Notes: generated by a model not told the origin, from the sequence alone. A stretch of DNA of 64,000 nucleotides from Pontiella sp. (GCA_050290185.1 JBNKHE010000002.1:96001-160000); one strand, 5' to 3'. Shown: positions 1-9,133, numbered from the stretch's first letter. Program-made: numbers and translations.

Positions 1-513
1 CCAGACCAGCGCGAGATATTCTTTTTCCGTCTCGCGCGCCTTGAACTGGCGTTGCAATTCCATCATCGCCGATTCCGATTTCGCCACCACCATCACGCCG
101 CTCGTGTCCTTGTCGAGCCGATGCACAATACCCCCACGGTCCAACGACTCAAAAACCGGATGATGGAACAGAAGCGCATTGACCAGTGTACCCGATTCAT
201 TACCCGCCGCCGGATGTACGACCAGTCCGGGCGGCTTATTTAAAACCAGCACGGCATCGTCCTCGTAAAGAATGTCGAGCGGGATATTCTCCGGCAGGAC
301 TTTCTCCTCACTCTCCTCGGGCATAGACCACACAAGAACATCGCCGGCTTTCAGCTTCTGGTTCGGTTTGGATGTGACGTCGTTGACCTTTACCAGCCCA
401 TTTTGGATCAGTGTTTTCCACTGCGAGCGCGATATATCCGGCACCTGCTCCGCCAGAAAGGCATCCAGCCGAACACCTCCGCAACCTGATTCCACTATCT
501 GCTGTTCATTCAT
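1..513 (-). CDS. rluD: RluA/RluD-family 23S rRNA pseudouridine synthase (3' end runs off the window)
   Basis: Not in the ORF track; hand translation from ATG 513 gives MNEQQIVE...RLDAFLAEQVPDISRSQW (S4 domain), ILYEDDAVLVLNKPPGLVVHP and catalytic motif HRLDKDTSG. Confidence 0.9.
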   Translation of the reverse strand, partial: MNEQQIVESGCGGVRLDAFLAEQVPDISRSQWKTLIQNGLVKVNDVTSKPNQKLKAGDVLVWSMPEESEEKVLPENIPLDILYEDDAVLVLNKPPGLVVHPAAGNESGTLVNALLFHHPVFESLDRGGIVHRLDKDTSGVMVVAKSESAMMELQRQFKARETEKEYLALVW

Positions 514-550
514 CACTGCCTTTGCTTCCTTAGCGACCTTCTGTACAATC

Positions 551-578
551 TTCCGTGTTTTCGGTGCATTCCGTGGTT
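551..578. repeat. Single arm of the 9-10-nt-period triplet repeat family
   Basis: TTCCGTG tt TTCGGTG ca TTCCGTG gtt; same layout as the right arms at 1419, 37515, 44660 and 56350. Confidence 0.5.
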
Positions 579-612
579 AATAATCCGGTTTTTGGATAGT
601 GGAGAGCATGCA

Positions 613-1371
613 ATGGACATTCAAGCAGAACTCATATCGATCGGCAACGAGTTGCTCAGCGGACGAACGCTCAATACGCACGGGCAGGATCTCGGCGCAG
701 CACTTGCCGCCATCGGCCTCCAGCTGGTGCGCGACACCACCATCCCCGACGAGATTCCCATTATTCAAAGCACAGTCCGGGAAGCCCTGGTCCGCACCGG
801 CCTCGTATTCGTCAGTGGCGGCCTCGGCCCCACCGTCGATGACATCACCCGCGATGCCCTCGGCCAATTACTGAATCAAAAGATTATTTTGCACCAACCG
901 ACCGTCGGAATCATGACCGAACGCTACGCCGCGCGAGGACGGGGAATGACCCCTGTAGCCGAACGGCAGGCACTGGTACTCGAAAATGCCGTTGTGCTAC
1001 CCAACTCCGTCGGCGCGGCACCCGGTCAACGCATTGCTCTTCCTGAAGAAAAAACCCTATTCGTAATGCCCGGCCCGCCCAACGAATTCAACGCCATCCT
1101 CAACGAAGAAATCGTTCCCTGGCTCAAGCTTCGCTATGCCCACGCACGCCCCAGGCTGGTACGTATCGTTCAAACCCGGGGAATTGGCGAATCCGACATT
1201 GTAACCATCCTCGAAGAGACCCATTTCCAGCCGGCCGATGTCGACCTCGGATTCTATCCCGGCAAGGGCAAGGTTGAAATCCGTCTCACCGCCCAGCCCG
1301 GTCAGGAATCCCAAATCGACGAAGCCGAACAAACCCTGCGCTCACTACTCAGCGACCATCTTGATCAATAG
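613..1371 (+). CDS. cinA: CinA-like protein, N-terminal molybdopterin-binding-like (pyrophosphatase) and middle domains only; no C-terminal PncC domain
   Basis: ISIGNELLSG, SGGLGPTVDDIT, MPGPPNE, GIGESD motifs; ATG 613 preferred over the ORF-track start 592. Confidence 0.85.
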   Translation: MDIQAELISIGNELLSGRTLNTHGQDLGAALAAIGLQLVRDTTIPDEIPIIQSTVREALVRTGLVFVSGGLGPTVDDITRDALGQLLNQKIILHQPTVGIMTERYAARGRGMTPVAERQALVLENAVVLPNSVGAAPGQRIALPEEKTLFVMPGPPNEFNAILNEEIVPWLKLRYAHARPRLVRIVQTRGIGESDIVTILEETHFQPADVDLGFYPGKGKVEIRLTAQPGQESQIDEAEQTLRSLLSDHLDQ

Positions 1372-1376
1372 GGTTT

Positions 1377-1438
1377 CACCACAGAGATCGCAGAGGAGCA
1401 CAGAGAGTTTCGATTTCACTCCGTGATCCGCTGTGGTT
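1377..1438. repeat. Palindromic triplet-repeat element between convergent genes; may act as a terminator
   Basis: Left arm cacCACAGAG at CGCAGAG gag CACAGAG; right arm CTCCGTG at cCGCTGTG gtt. Confidence 0.65.
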
Positions 1439-1442
1439 TAAA

Positions 1443-2711
1443 TCATTTCCGGCGGATGAGGGCAGAGAAGGCGCCATCGGTTTCGGATTCGGGGGGAAAG
1501 CATTTACTGGTTTTAACCAAGCGGAATTCGGGATGATCGGCAATCCAACGGGCGACGAGGTCTTCGTTTTCCTCGGCTTCGAGGCTGCAGGTGCTGTAAA
1601 CAATCCGGCCCTTTTCGTTCAGTAATGCCGCACAGGCGGTAAGGATCTGATATTGGAGCTCAACAATTTTTTCAATCCGTTCCGGATCAATGCGCCAACG
1701 TGCGTCGGCGCGGCGGCGTAAGACTCCGGTGTTTAGACAGGGCACATCAAGCAGGATAGCGTCGAACTTGCGGTCTCCGAGCGCCTTCGTCGGATTGCGG
1801 GCATCGCCCTGAACGATTTCGATCCAGTCGAGTTTCAGGCGCTTTTTGTTTTCCTTGAGCACGGCAATGCGATCGGCATGCAGATCCATGGCCACCAGTT
1901 CACCGGAACCGGTCATGCGACTGGCCATCATGGCGGCTTTTCCGCCGGGCGCGGCGCAGGCGTCAAACACGGCTTCGCCGGGACGCGGAGCGAGTAGATC
2001 GACGGAGATCGAGGTAGCCGGATCCTGCACGGTAAACCATCCTGCACCGTAGCCAGGCACTTTTTTCACGGCCACGCCGCGCGGCAGGACGAGAAAGATT
2101 TCACGGTCGGAAAAAGGATGCAGCAGCGGCTCGACACCGGCCTCGCGCAGCTTGTCGATGAACTCCGCGGCATCGACGACCGACTGGTCGATGCGCAACG
2201 TGGTGGCGGGCGGCTGGTTGTTCCATTCCGCCAGCGCAAGAGCATCGGCCTCGCCGTATTGCCGGATCCAGCGGTCGAGCAGAAACCTGGGGTGCGATAG
2301 CCGAACATGCGCGGGTTGCTCTTCCAGCGATTTAAGCACGTCGTCGCGTTCGCGCTGGGCGCGGCGCAACACGGCATTGATCATCTTGGCGGCCCCTTCC
2401 CCGCCGGGACGGGCCTTGGCCGCTTCGACCGTTTCGTTGATGGCGGCATACGCATCAACCTCCATAAAGAGGAGTTGGTAGAGTCCGACCTGAAGCACGG
2501 CCTTGAAAAAGGGTTGGGGCGGCTTTTTCAACCATTGCTTTTCCAACCAGTCGAAGATGCTGCGGTTGCGCACGGTTCCGTTAACCATCTCAAGCACAAA
2601 AGCGTGGTCGTCCCTCACCTTGGCGAGTTGGCGGTCCGGGAAGCTCCCATCCACGAGCCATTGGGCGATGATTTCCGCGGCAACGAGCCTGCTATTCCTC
2701 TTTTTGGCCAT
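1443..2711 (-). CDS. rsmB: 16S rRNA m5C967 methyltransferase RsmB/Sun
   Basis: NusB-like N-terminus (YAAINETVE, INAVLR), VQD, DACAAPGGK, LLDVPC and YSTCS motifs. Confidence 0.93.
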   Translation of the reverse strand: MAKKRNSRLVAAEIIAQWLVDGSFPDRQLAKVRDDHAFVLEMVNGTVRNRSIFDWLEKQWLKKPPQPFFKAVLQVGLYQLLFMEVDAYAAINETVEAAKARPGGEGAAKMINAVLRRAQRERDDVLKSLEEQPAHVRLSHPRFLLDRWIRQYGEADALALAEWNNQPPATTLRIDQSVVDAAEFIDKLREAGVEPLLHPFSDREIFLVLPRGVAVKKVPGYGAGWFTVQDPATSISVDLLAPRPGEAVFDACAAPGGKAAMMASRMTGSGELVAMDLHADRIAVLKENKKRLKLDWIEIVQGDARNPTKALGDRKFDAILLDVPCLNTGVLRRRADARWRIDPERIEKIVELQYQILTACAALLNEKGRIVYSTCSLEAEENEDLVARWIADHPEFRLVKTSKCFPPESETDGAFSALIRRK

Positions 2712-2798
2712 AAATCCCTTTCTGAAAACATCCGCACTCTAGCGATTCCTCGTCGATTTAAAAGAAAAAGCAAGGTGCTGGCTCAGCTCAACAGTTCA

Positions 2799-2814
2799 TG
2801 GCACATAACCTGCT
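2799..2814 (+). promoter_or_regulatory. Putative sigma54 (-24/-12) promoter
   Basis: TGGCACATAACCTGCT matches TGGCACGNNNNTTGCW with correct GG-N10-GC spacing; ends about 55 nt upstream of ATG 2869. Confidence 0.55.
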
Positions 2815-2868
2815 AAACCTACGAGTAATTATTTTCGAAGAAAATTAACCGAAAAGGATTAGATCCAC

Positions 2869-4221
2869 ATGAAAACGAAAATCAAACCAATGGTATCATG
2901 GAGTATTTGGGCCGGCGGTCTGTCGCTGGTCATGGGTATTGTGACCCGCAATCAGCTGGTAGCCGGATTTCAGGCCGACAACACGGGAATGAGTGCAGTC
3001 ATCGCCGCCGTATTCGGCGCAGGGCTGGTCATCTCCTTTCTGGCAGCCCGTCAACTGCATAAAGAATGGGGCGTGTTGAAGCTGATTTCGGAAACCGACA
3101 CGATTCCGGATTCGAAGAAGGAATCCGATTTGGCCGCCGTATTCAGCAAGCTGGCCTCCTATAAGACCAAGGGCGAAACCGTTGATATCAATGCCGCCAT
3201 CGACACCTACCATTCCAAGCACAATTCGCGGGTACGCTCCGTCTCCATTATTGCGGCTTTGGTCATTTCGATGGGGTTGCTGGGAACGGTCGTTGGCTTG
3301 ATCATGTCGATTTCCGGTCTGGGCGGCATGGTTGAAAACATCGGCCTTTCGCGCACCACGATGATGGAAGCACTCAAGGCTACCGTTGCCGGCATGGGCA
3401 CCGCCTTCTACACCACCTTCTTCGGGGCACTTGGGGGACTGATTCTGCGCGCGGTCGCCGTATCCCAGCTCAACTCGCTATCCGAACTGTGCGCGGAGGC
3501 CACGGAATATGCCGACGCCCACTTGACGACAAAACTTGAAAGCAAGGAAGAAGAGCTCAATCAGAAGGTATCGAAGGTCATCGCCAGCTTTGATGGCATG
3601 CAGAAAGAAATCGAAGCGATCACCGTTCGGATTTCCGAATCCTTTGACTCCACGATGCGTAGTTTTGGCAATGCTCTGGGTGAAGCCGGTGAACATGCCA
3701 TGACCGCAACCAAGGAATGCATCAATGGCATGACCGACCAGATGGCCGTGTTCGGTAGTGAAATCGGCGCCTCATTCGGCACCTTCAATGCATCGGTTGA
3801 AAAAGCCGGCGAGGAGGTGCTCGAAGCCATCGGTACCGTCAATCTATCCATCGAAAAGTCGGGCGAAGAACTGCATAGTGCCTTTGGCGGCCTGAACCAG
3901 TCGCTGGAAACAGCGGGCGAAGGCGTAGCTGAATCGTTCAACGGACTCAACGATACCGTAAAGGAATCGACCGATATAGTCAGCGGATCCCTCGCAGACT
4001 TCAAGCTGAGTATGGATGGCACTTCTCTGGAACTCAAGGACGCTATAGGCGAACTCCACAGCGCCATCAGCGAAGCCACCGGCGAAATGAAGACCCTTTC
4101 CAAGGCTCGGCTCGATGCGGATGCTTCCGAGATCGCCGGCCACCTCTCCGTAGCGGCCACCTCGATCCAGAAGTTCCTGAACACGAAGAATACACACGAC
4201 GAAAACCAGAAGGTGGCGTAA
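2869..4221 (+). CDS. MotA/TolQ/ExbB-family ion-channel subunit with long helical C-terminal tail (ZorA-like architecture)
   Basis: About four hydrophobic segments; family motifs SMGLLGTVVGL and GMGTAFYTTFFG; about 250-aa tail with 18-aa periodicity. Confidence 0.8.
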   Translation: MKTKIKPMVSWSIWAGGLSLVMGIVTRNQLVAGFQADNTGMSAVIAAVFGAGLVISFLAARQLHKEWGVLKLISETDTIPDSKKESDLAAVFSKLASYKTKGETVDINAAIDTYHSKHNSRVRSVSIIAALVISMGLLGTVVGLIMSISGLGGMVENIGLSRTTMMEALKATVAGMGTAFYTTFFGALGGLILRAVAVSQLNSLSELCAEATEYADAHLTTKLESKEEELNQKVSKVIASFDGMQKEIEAITVRISESFDSTMRSFGNALGEAGEHAMTATKECINGMTDQMAVFGSEIGASFGTFNASVEKAGEEVLEAIGTVNLSIEKSGEELHSAFGGLNQSLETAGEGVAESFNGLNDTVKESTDIVSGSLADFKLSMDGTSLELKDAIGELHSAISEATGEMKTLSKARLDADASEIAGHLSVAATSIQKFLNTKNTHDENQKVA

Positions 4222-5445
4222 ATGCGTGCGGCAACCCGACAGGAAGCAGCCTCCGGATCGGAAGGCGTATACGAGTCCTTCTCGGACATGGTGCTTTGCA
4301 CGGTAATCGTGCTCATCACCCTCGTGGTCGTACTGGCCCTGAATGTGGTACAGCAGCTCAATGTATACATCGAGCCCAACCACTTCAGTGGCGGTGCCAC
4401 CCGACCCTGGCTTTATCTCCAGGCGCAGAATACCGACTATTCAAAAACCTCCTCCGAAGGGCTCTCGCTTGAGCGCGCAGTATACGGGACCCGTCCGTTC
4501 GTGACGGTCAACCTGTTCAGCCCGGTCACGGCCAACTCGACCACCACCGTTCAGGATGGCCAGACCATCTCGGAGAGGGAAGGACAAACCTTCGACGGGC
4601 AGTGCGACCTAACGGCCTATAATTTCCTGCAGCTGGCCGCGGGCATCGAGCCCGGTTCGTTCCCGGTTGCCGGGAACCAGACCGCCCTCATGCTACCCAA
4701 GTTTTCGCACAAGGGCATTCTGGTCGAGTCCGGCGAGTCCAATGGATATATCGCCGAGCCCGACAATGCGCTTGCCTTGAAAGCCATGGCACTGGCATGG
4801 CCCATCTACGGCAATGCGCTCTATGCGCGTCGTGCGGCCAGTGACTACTTGAATGCGCGCACCAAGATCTTCGTCGAGGTTCTTGAATCAACCGACGACC
4901 AGCACCGGATCATGATCGGCCATAGCGTATTCACGCTTCCGCAGGATGTTGAAAACGGCAAGCTCGGCTGGCTGGCTGGTTTTTCTTCCGGCTTGACGGA
5001 AATGGTCTATCTCGGCAAGGCATGGAGCGATCCGGAAAACCAAACCAACAAGCGCATCGATTTCTTTGAAAAGAACGGCTTTGCCGATGCCGCGGCTGAT
5101 TACCGCGCATTCAGTTTCCCCAAGGGGTGGAGCCGGGCGCAACAGGAGCTGTTCGACGTAGCATGGGCCACCAACCCTGCCTTGTCGGAGAAGGCTCTGA
5201 AGCAGTATGCCCGGAACGCGGAGAACCAGATTGCGGTATCGTCGGCAATTATCAGCGGAACGAATGCACAGGAATACCTGCCACCGCTGCTGCGCCACCG
5301 CAATGCCTGGAAGGCCTATACCGATTTCTGCCTCTCACTCTCACAGGAAAGCGGCGATGCACCGCCAACGTGGCTCATGACCGAGTTTCTTGAACCGCTT
5401 GGCTTCGAACAGGCAGTCGTACGGGGTTTGAATACCGACTCCTAG
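4222..5445 (+). CDS. MotB/ZorB-like single-pass membrane protein with uncharacterised extracytoplasmic domain
   Basis: Starts immediately after the previous stop (TAA ATG); N-terminal YESFSDMVLCTVIVLITLVVVLAL has an Asp at the start of the TM helix, as in MotB/ExbD/ZorB. Confidence 0.65.
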   Translation: MRAATRQEAASGSEGVYESFSDMVLCTVIVLITLVVVLALNVVQQLNVYIEPNHFSGGATRPWLYLQAQNTDYSKTSSEGLSLERAVYGTRPFVTVNLFSPVTANSTTTVQDGQTISEREGQTFDGQCDLTAYNFLQLAAGIEPGSFPVAGNQTALMLPKFSHKGILVESGESNGYIAEPDNALALKAMALAWPIYGNALYARRAASDYLNARTKIFVEVLESTDDQHRIMIGHSVFTLPQDVENGKLGWLAGFSSGLTEMVYLGKAWSDPENQTNKRIDFFEKNGFADAAADYRAFSFPKGWSRAQQELFDVAWATNPALSEKALKQYARNAENQIAVSSAIISGTNAQEYLPPLLRHRNAWKAYTDFCLSLSQESGDAPPTWLMTEFLEPLGFEQAVVRGLNTDS

Positions 5446-6623
5446 AAAACCGCTCCCGGAAACTCTTCCAAAAGCAGCTCGATCTCGAGCTGCTTTTTTT
5501 CTTCCCGCAACAGCTTAAACCGAAGCGTCTCCCCCACCGAATGGTTGAATGTGATGCGCAGAACATCATACTCGTCCTTCACCGGTTTTCCATCCACCTC
5601 AAGAACCTGGTCGCCGACCTGGACCCCCGCGCGATCCGCCGGCGTATCGCGCCATACTTTCGCCACCCTTAAGCGGTGGTCTCCGGAAAACCCGAACGAG
5701 TTGAAGGCGGCACCCACCCATGGCCACTCATGCTTCCCTTTTTCGATCAGTGAGTTGGCAATTACCATCGCCAGATTCGAGGGCACGGCAAAAGCGATTC
5801 CAATGCCCTTCTCCTGCGCCTCAGTCAGGATCGCCGCATTAATCCCGACCAACCGTCCATCCACATCAATCAACGGACCGCCACTGTTCCCTTCGTTAAT
5901 AGCCACATCGGTCTGGATAAAATCCTCATAGGGAAGCACCTGCATACGGCGACCTTTTTGGCTGACATGACCAACGGTAACCGAACTTTGCAGGCTGAAC
6001 GGGGATCCGATCGCAATAACCATTTCCCCGATGCGCAAAGCATCAGAGTTTCCAAACTCCACGGCGGGGAAAACGGCGTCATTGGAATCGCCGGGGGCCG
6101 CGTCAGGAGAGGCGGCACCGTCGCCCTTGATCCTCAACACCGCCAGATCCGTTGCCTTATCGTGCCCCACCTCTTCGGCCTTGAGCTTGGTTCCATCATT
6201 GAGCACGACTTCAATCCACTTCACCCCTTCAATGACATGGTAGCTGGTGATGATATCGCCGCGCTCATCGATGATCACCCCCGACCCTTCGCCGGCCAGT
6301 TGTTCAGGCACATAGCGGTATTCCTGGAGAAATCCGAAAAGGTCGCGCTGTACCAGCTTAAGCACATACTGGGTCTTTTCCGTACGGATCACCACCACGG
6401 ACGGCATCACCTTTTCCACGGCATCCCCCAGCGCATCATTGAGCTCGCGGGCAATGTTGTAGTCGGAGACCGGCCGTTGCCGCGGAGCAAATGAACTGAC
6501 CGGTGCGGGATCAACAGGGGCCAATGCCTGATCGGCCCTATGGCGCCGCCAGGTCGAATGCAATGCACTCGCAATCATCAGGATGCAAAACCCAATCACC
6601 AGCCATTTGTTGCGGCTCTTCAT
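5442..6623 (-). CDS. htrA: HtrA/DegP-family serine protease, one PDZ domain
   Basis: N-terminal TM, GSGVII, TSYHVI, TDLAVL, IQTDVAINEGNSGGPL, C-terminal PDZ. Confidence 0.9.
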   Translation of the reverse strand: MKSRNKWLVIGFCILMIASALHSTWRRHRADQALAPVDPAPVSSFAPRQRPVSDYNIARELNDALGDAVEKVMPSVVVIRTEKTQYVLKLVQRDLFGFLQEYRYVPEQLAGEGSGVIIDERGDIITSYHVIEGVKWIEVVLNDGTKLKAEEVGHDKATDLAVLRIKGDGAASPDAAPGDSNDAVFPAVEFGNSDALRIGEMVIAIGSPFSLQSSVTVGHVSQKGRRMQVLPYEDFIQTDVAINEGNSGGPLIDVDGRLVGINAAILTEAQEKGIGIAFAVPSNLAMVIANSLIEKGKHEWPWVGAAFNSFGFSGDHRLRVAKVWRDTPADRAGVQVGDQVLEVDGKPVKDEYDVLRITFNHSVGETLRFKLLREEKKQLEIELLLEEFPGAVF

Positions 6624-6853
6624 TCTTCAACCTCAAATGGGACTTCTGCAAGCTCGCCGTCCTTCTTCACCAGCTTTTCGATTTTTTGTTCCACCTCGTT
6701 GAGCTTCTTGGAGCAAAGGCCGACGAGTTTTGACCCTTCCTCGAAATGCTTGATCATGTCTTCAAGACTCAGTTCGCCGCTTTCCATCTCCTCGACCAAC
6801 TGTTCAAGCCGCTCCAATGACTGCTCGAAATCCGCGCTCTTCTTTTCTGCCAT
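6620..6853 (-). CDS. xseB: Exodeoxyribonuclease VII small subunit
   Basis: FEQSLERLEQLVEEMESGELSLEDMIKHFEEG; adjacent to xseA. Confidence 0.95.
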   Translation of the reverse strand: MAEKKSADFEQSLERLEQLVEEMESGELSLEDMIKHFEEGSKLVGLCSKKLNEVEQKIEKLVKKDGELAEVPFEVEE

Positions 6854-6877
6854 AACCGCTCTCCCCGGGACGTCTCT

Positions 6878-8209
6878 TTACTCTTTTTCCACAATATTTG
6901 AAACCACTTTACCATCTGCAAACTGGGTGACCAGACTTTCCCCGATGCCAACCGTATCCACACTGCGCACCACGGTGCCATCCGGCTTGCGGGTCAGGCT
7001 ATAGCCCCGCCGCAACACGCCCAGCGGGTTGAGCATGCGCAACTGGCTTTCCAACCGTGTCAGTTGCTGCTGGTCGCGCTCGATCTTCCGCTCCATCCGG
7101 TGCTGCATAGTCATGGCCAGCTCATCGATTCGCTGATGGGTTTGCTGTACGCCGGAATACAGCAGGTGCGACATTTGTACATTTGCACTATCCAGCCGCT
7201 GCGCCCGTCTTTGCGCCCCCAGTTTAAGCAAATCAGCCATCCGCGTTTCCATCGAACTGATGCTCTGCCGGTATTGCCGGATCAGGTTGGCCGGTTCGCG
7301 GAACACATAGCTATGCGCCTGCCGGTTCAGCCGAAGGCGAAAATCCTGCGCCATGGTTTTCAGGCTCTGCTTCAGGCGGCGGTCGTACAGGAGAACAGAT
7401 TCCTCCAACTCGCCCTTTTCCCGCACGGCCAGCTCGGCGGCGGCCGAAGGCGTTGGTGCCCGCACATCCGCCACAAAATCGGATATGGTAAAATCGATCT
7501 CGTGGCCAACGGCCGATATAACCGGAATATCCGACCGGGCAATCGCGCGGGCCACAACCTCTTCGTTGAAGTTCCACAAATCCTCGATGCTTCCGCCGCC
7601 ACGGCCGACAATCATCAAATCAATATCATCACGGGTATTGAGATAGTCGATCGCCTTGACGATTCCCCGCTCTGCGCCGGCCCCCTGCACCTTGGCGGGA
7701 ATCAGCAGAATCTGGATATTCGGGAAACGGCGTGTGAGAACATTGATGATGTCACGGATTGCGGCACCGGTCGGCGATGTCACGATTCCGATTTTCTGCG
7801 GCAGCAGCGGCAATGGCTTCTTGCGGCCGGCATCAAACAGTCCTTCGGCCGCCAGTTTGGCCTTAAGTTTTTCGAACTGTTCCTGCAGGTTGCCCTTGCC
7901 CGCCTCCTCCATCTCGGAGGCAATCAGCTGGTAGCGCCCGGAAGCTTCGAACACGCTGGGCCGCGCATACATCTGGATCTGCAGCCCATCCTTCGGCCGG
8001 AACGTCACCCGCGCATTGTCGTTGCGGAACATCGCGCACGAAACCGCCGCACCTGCATCCTTCAAGGTAAAATACCAGTGCCCGCTGGAATGGATCGTAA
8101 CGCGTGAAAGTTCACCTTCCACCCAGACCTCGCCGATACCGCTTTCGAGCACCATCCGCGCCTTGCGGTTGACCTCCGCTACCGTATAGATTTTGCGTTC
8201 ACCGCCCAT
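6878..8209 (-). CDS. xseA: Exodeoxyribonuclease VII large subunit
   Basis: SGHWYFTLKD, TSPTGAAIRD, RGGGSIEDLWNFN, SAVGHEIDFTISD, PTPSAAAE. Confidence 0.97.
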   Translation of the reverse strand: MGGERKIYTVAEVNRKARMVLESGIGEVWVEGELSRVTIHSSGHWYFTLKDAGAAVSCAMFRNDNARVTFRPKDGLQIQMYARPSVFEASGRYQLIASEMEEAGKGNLQEQFEKLKAKLAAEGLFDAGRKKPLPLLPQKIGIVTSPTGAAIRDIINVLTRRFPNIQILLIPAKVQGAGAERGIVKAIDYLNTRDDIDLMIVGRGGGSIEDLWNFNEEVVARAIARSDIPVISAVGHEIDFTISDFVADVRAPTPSAAAELAVREKGELEESVLLYDRRLKQSLKTMAQDFRLRLNRQAHSYVFREPANLIRQYRQSISSMETRMADLLKLGAQRRAQRLDSANVQMSHLLYSGVQQTHQRIDELAMTMQHRMERKIERDQQQLTRLESQLRMLNPLGVLRRGYSLTRKPDGTVVRSVDTVGIGESLVTQFADGKVVSNIVEKE

Positions 8210-8218
8210 TTCAGTTTT

Positions 8219-9004
8219 TTAATCCTGAAGTCTGATTCGTATCCGTTCAATCTCCCGCGCTTTACCGGTCTTCATATCGACATCGACAATCGCGCCTTCG
8301 AGGGTTGGGTCGCCGGTGGCGACGTCGAACTTGTGCGGGACGCCGGTCAGGAATTTCTTGACGACAGGCTCTACTTCGCGGCCGAGAATGGAATCCCGCG
8401 GACCGGTCATTCCAAGATCGGTGATGTAGGCCGTCCCGTTGGGAAAGACCGTTTCATCGGAGGTCTGGCAGTGGGTGTGCGTACCGAAGACGGCCGAAAC
8501 GCGGCCATCGAGAAAACGGCCCATGGCCATACGCTCGGAGGAGGCTTCGCCGTGCATGTCCAGGAAGATCACCTTGTCGTTGGCCAGTTCGCCCTTGAGC
8601 ATCCGATCCGCCATCTGGAACGGGCAGTCGTAACTGGGTTGCGTAAATACACGGCCGATCAGCTGCATCACGGTGATAGGTCCTTCGGGGGTCTCGACCC
8701 GCACCCAGCCCTTGCCGGGGGCTCCCTTCGAAAAGTTGGCCGGACGAATAATGAGCGATTCCATATCGATACCCGCCACCATCTCCTTGCTGTCCCAGGC
8801 GTGGTCGCCCAATGTAATTACGTCGGCTCCGGCATTCAGCAAAGCATTGGCTATTTCCGGTGTCGGACCGCGCCCCGCTGCCGCATTCTCGCCATTGGCG
8901 ATCACAAAATCCACGCGCCCCTCATCCTTCAACCGGCCAACGATCTGGTTAAACGCATTGCGTCCCGGCCGCCCGACAATATCTCCTACCAATAAAACCT
9001 TCAT
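8219..9004 (-). CDS. ymdB: YmdB/TIGR00282-family metallophosphoesterase
   Basis: GDIVG, NGENAAAG, TLGDH, RPAN, DMHGEASSE, GTHTH, TDLGMTG; ATG 9004 preferred. Confidence 0.9.
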   Translation of the reverse strand: MKVLLVGDIVGRPGRNAFNQIVGRLKDEGRVDFVIANGENAAAGRGPTPEIANALLNAGADVITLGDHAWDSKEMVAGIDMESLIIRPANFSKGAPGKGWVRVETPEGPITVMQLIGRVFTQPSYDCPFQMADRMLKGELANDKVIFLDMHGEASSERMAMGRFLDGRVSAVFGTHTHCQTSDETVFPNGTAYITDLGMTGPRDSILGREVEPVVKKFLTGVPHKFDVATGDPTLEGAIVDVDMKTGKAREIERIRIRLQD

Positions 9005-9082
9005 ACTTCCTCTTTTCACTAATTGGCCGGGAGTTTACATGAAAGCTCCGTGGTGTCGAGAACTCCGCGGATTGGGGCCTGA

Positions 9083-9122
9083 TGCAAAAGCCCGGGTTCT
9101 TTTAACGGACCCGGGCTTTGCA
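9083..9122 (-). terminator. Intrinsic terminator closing the ECF/VWA locus
   Basis: Minus strand AAAGCCCGGGT-loop-ACCCGGGC followed by TTTT, about 12 nt after the stop at 9134. Confidence 0.7.
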
Positions 9123-9133
9123 AATGACAATTT

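Noticed and set aside
2869..5445. Calling this a complete Zorya system or a flagellar stator
   Set aside because: No zorC/D/E or flagellar genes in the window and no clear OmpA motif; kept only as ZorAB-like
9005..9082. 6S RNA upstream of ymdB
   Set aside because: The spacer is too short and shows no long rod structure apart from the terminator
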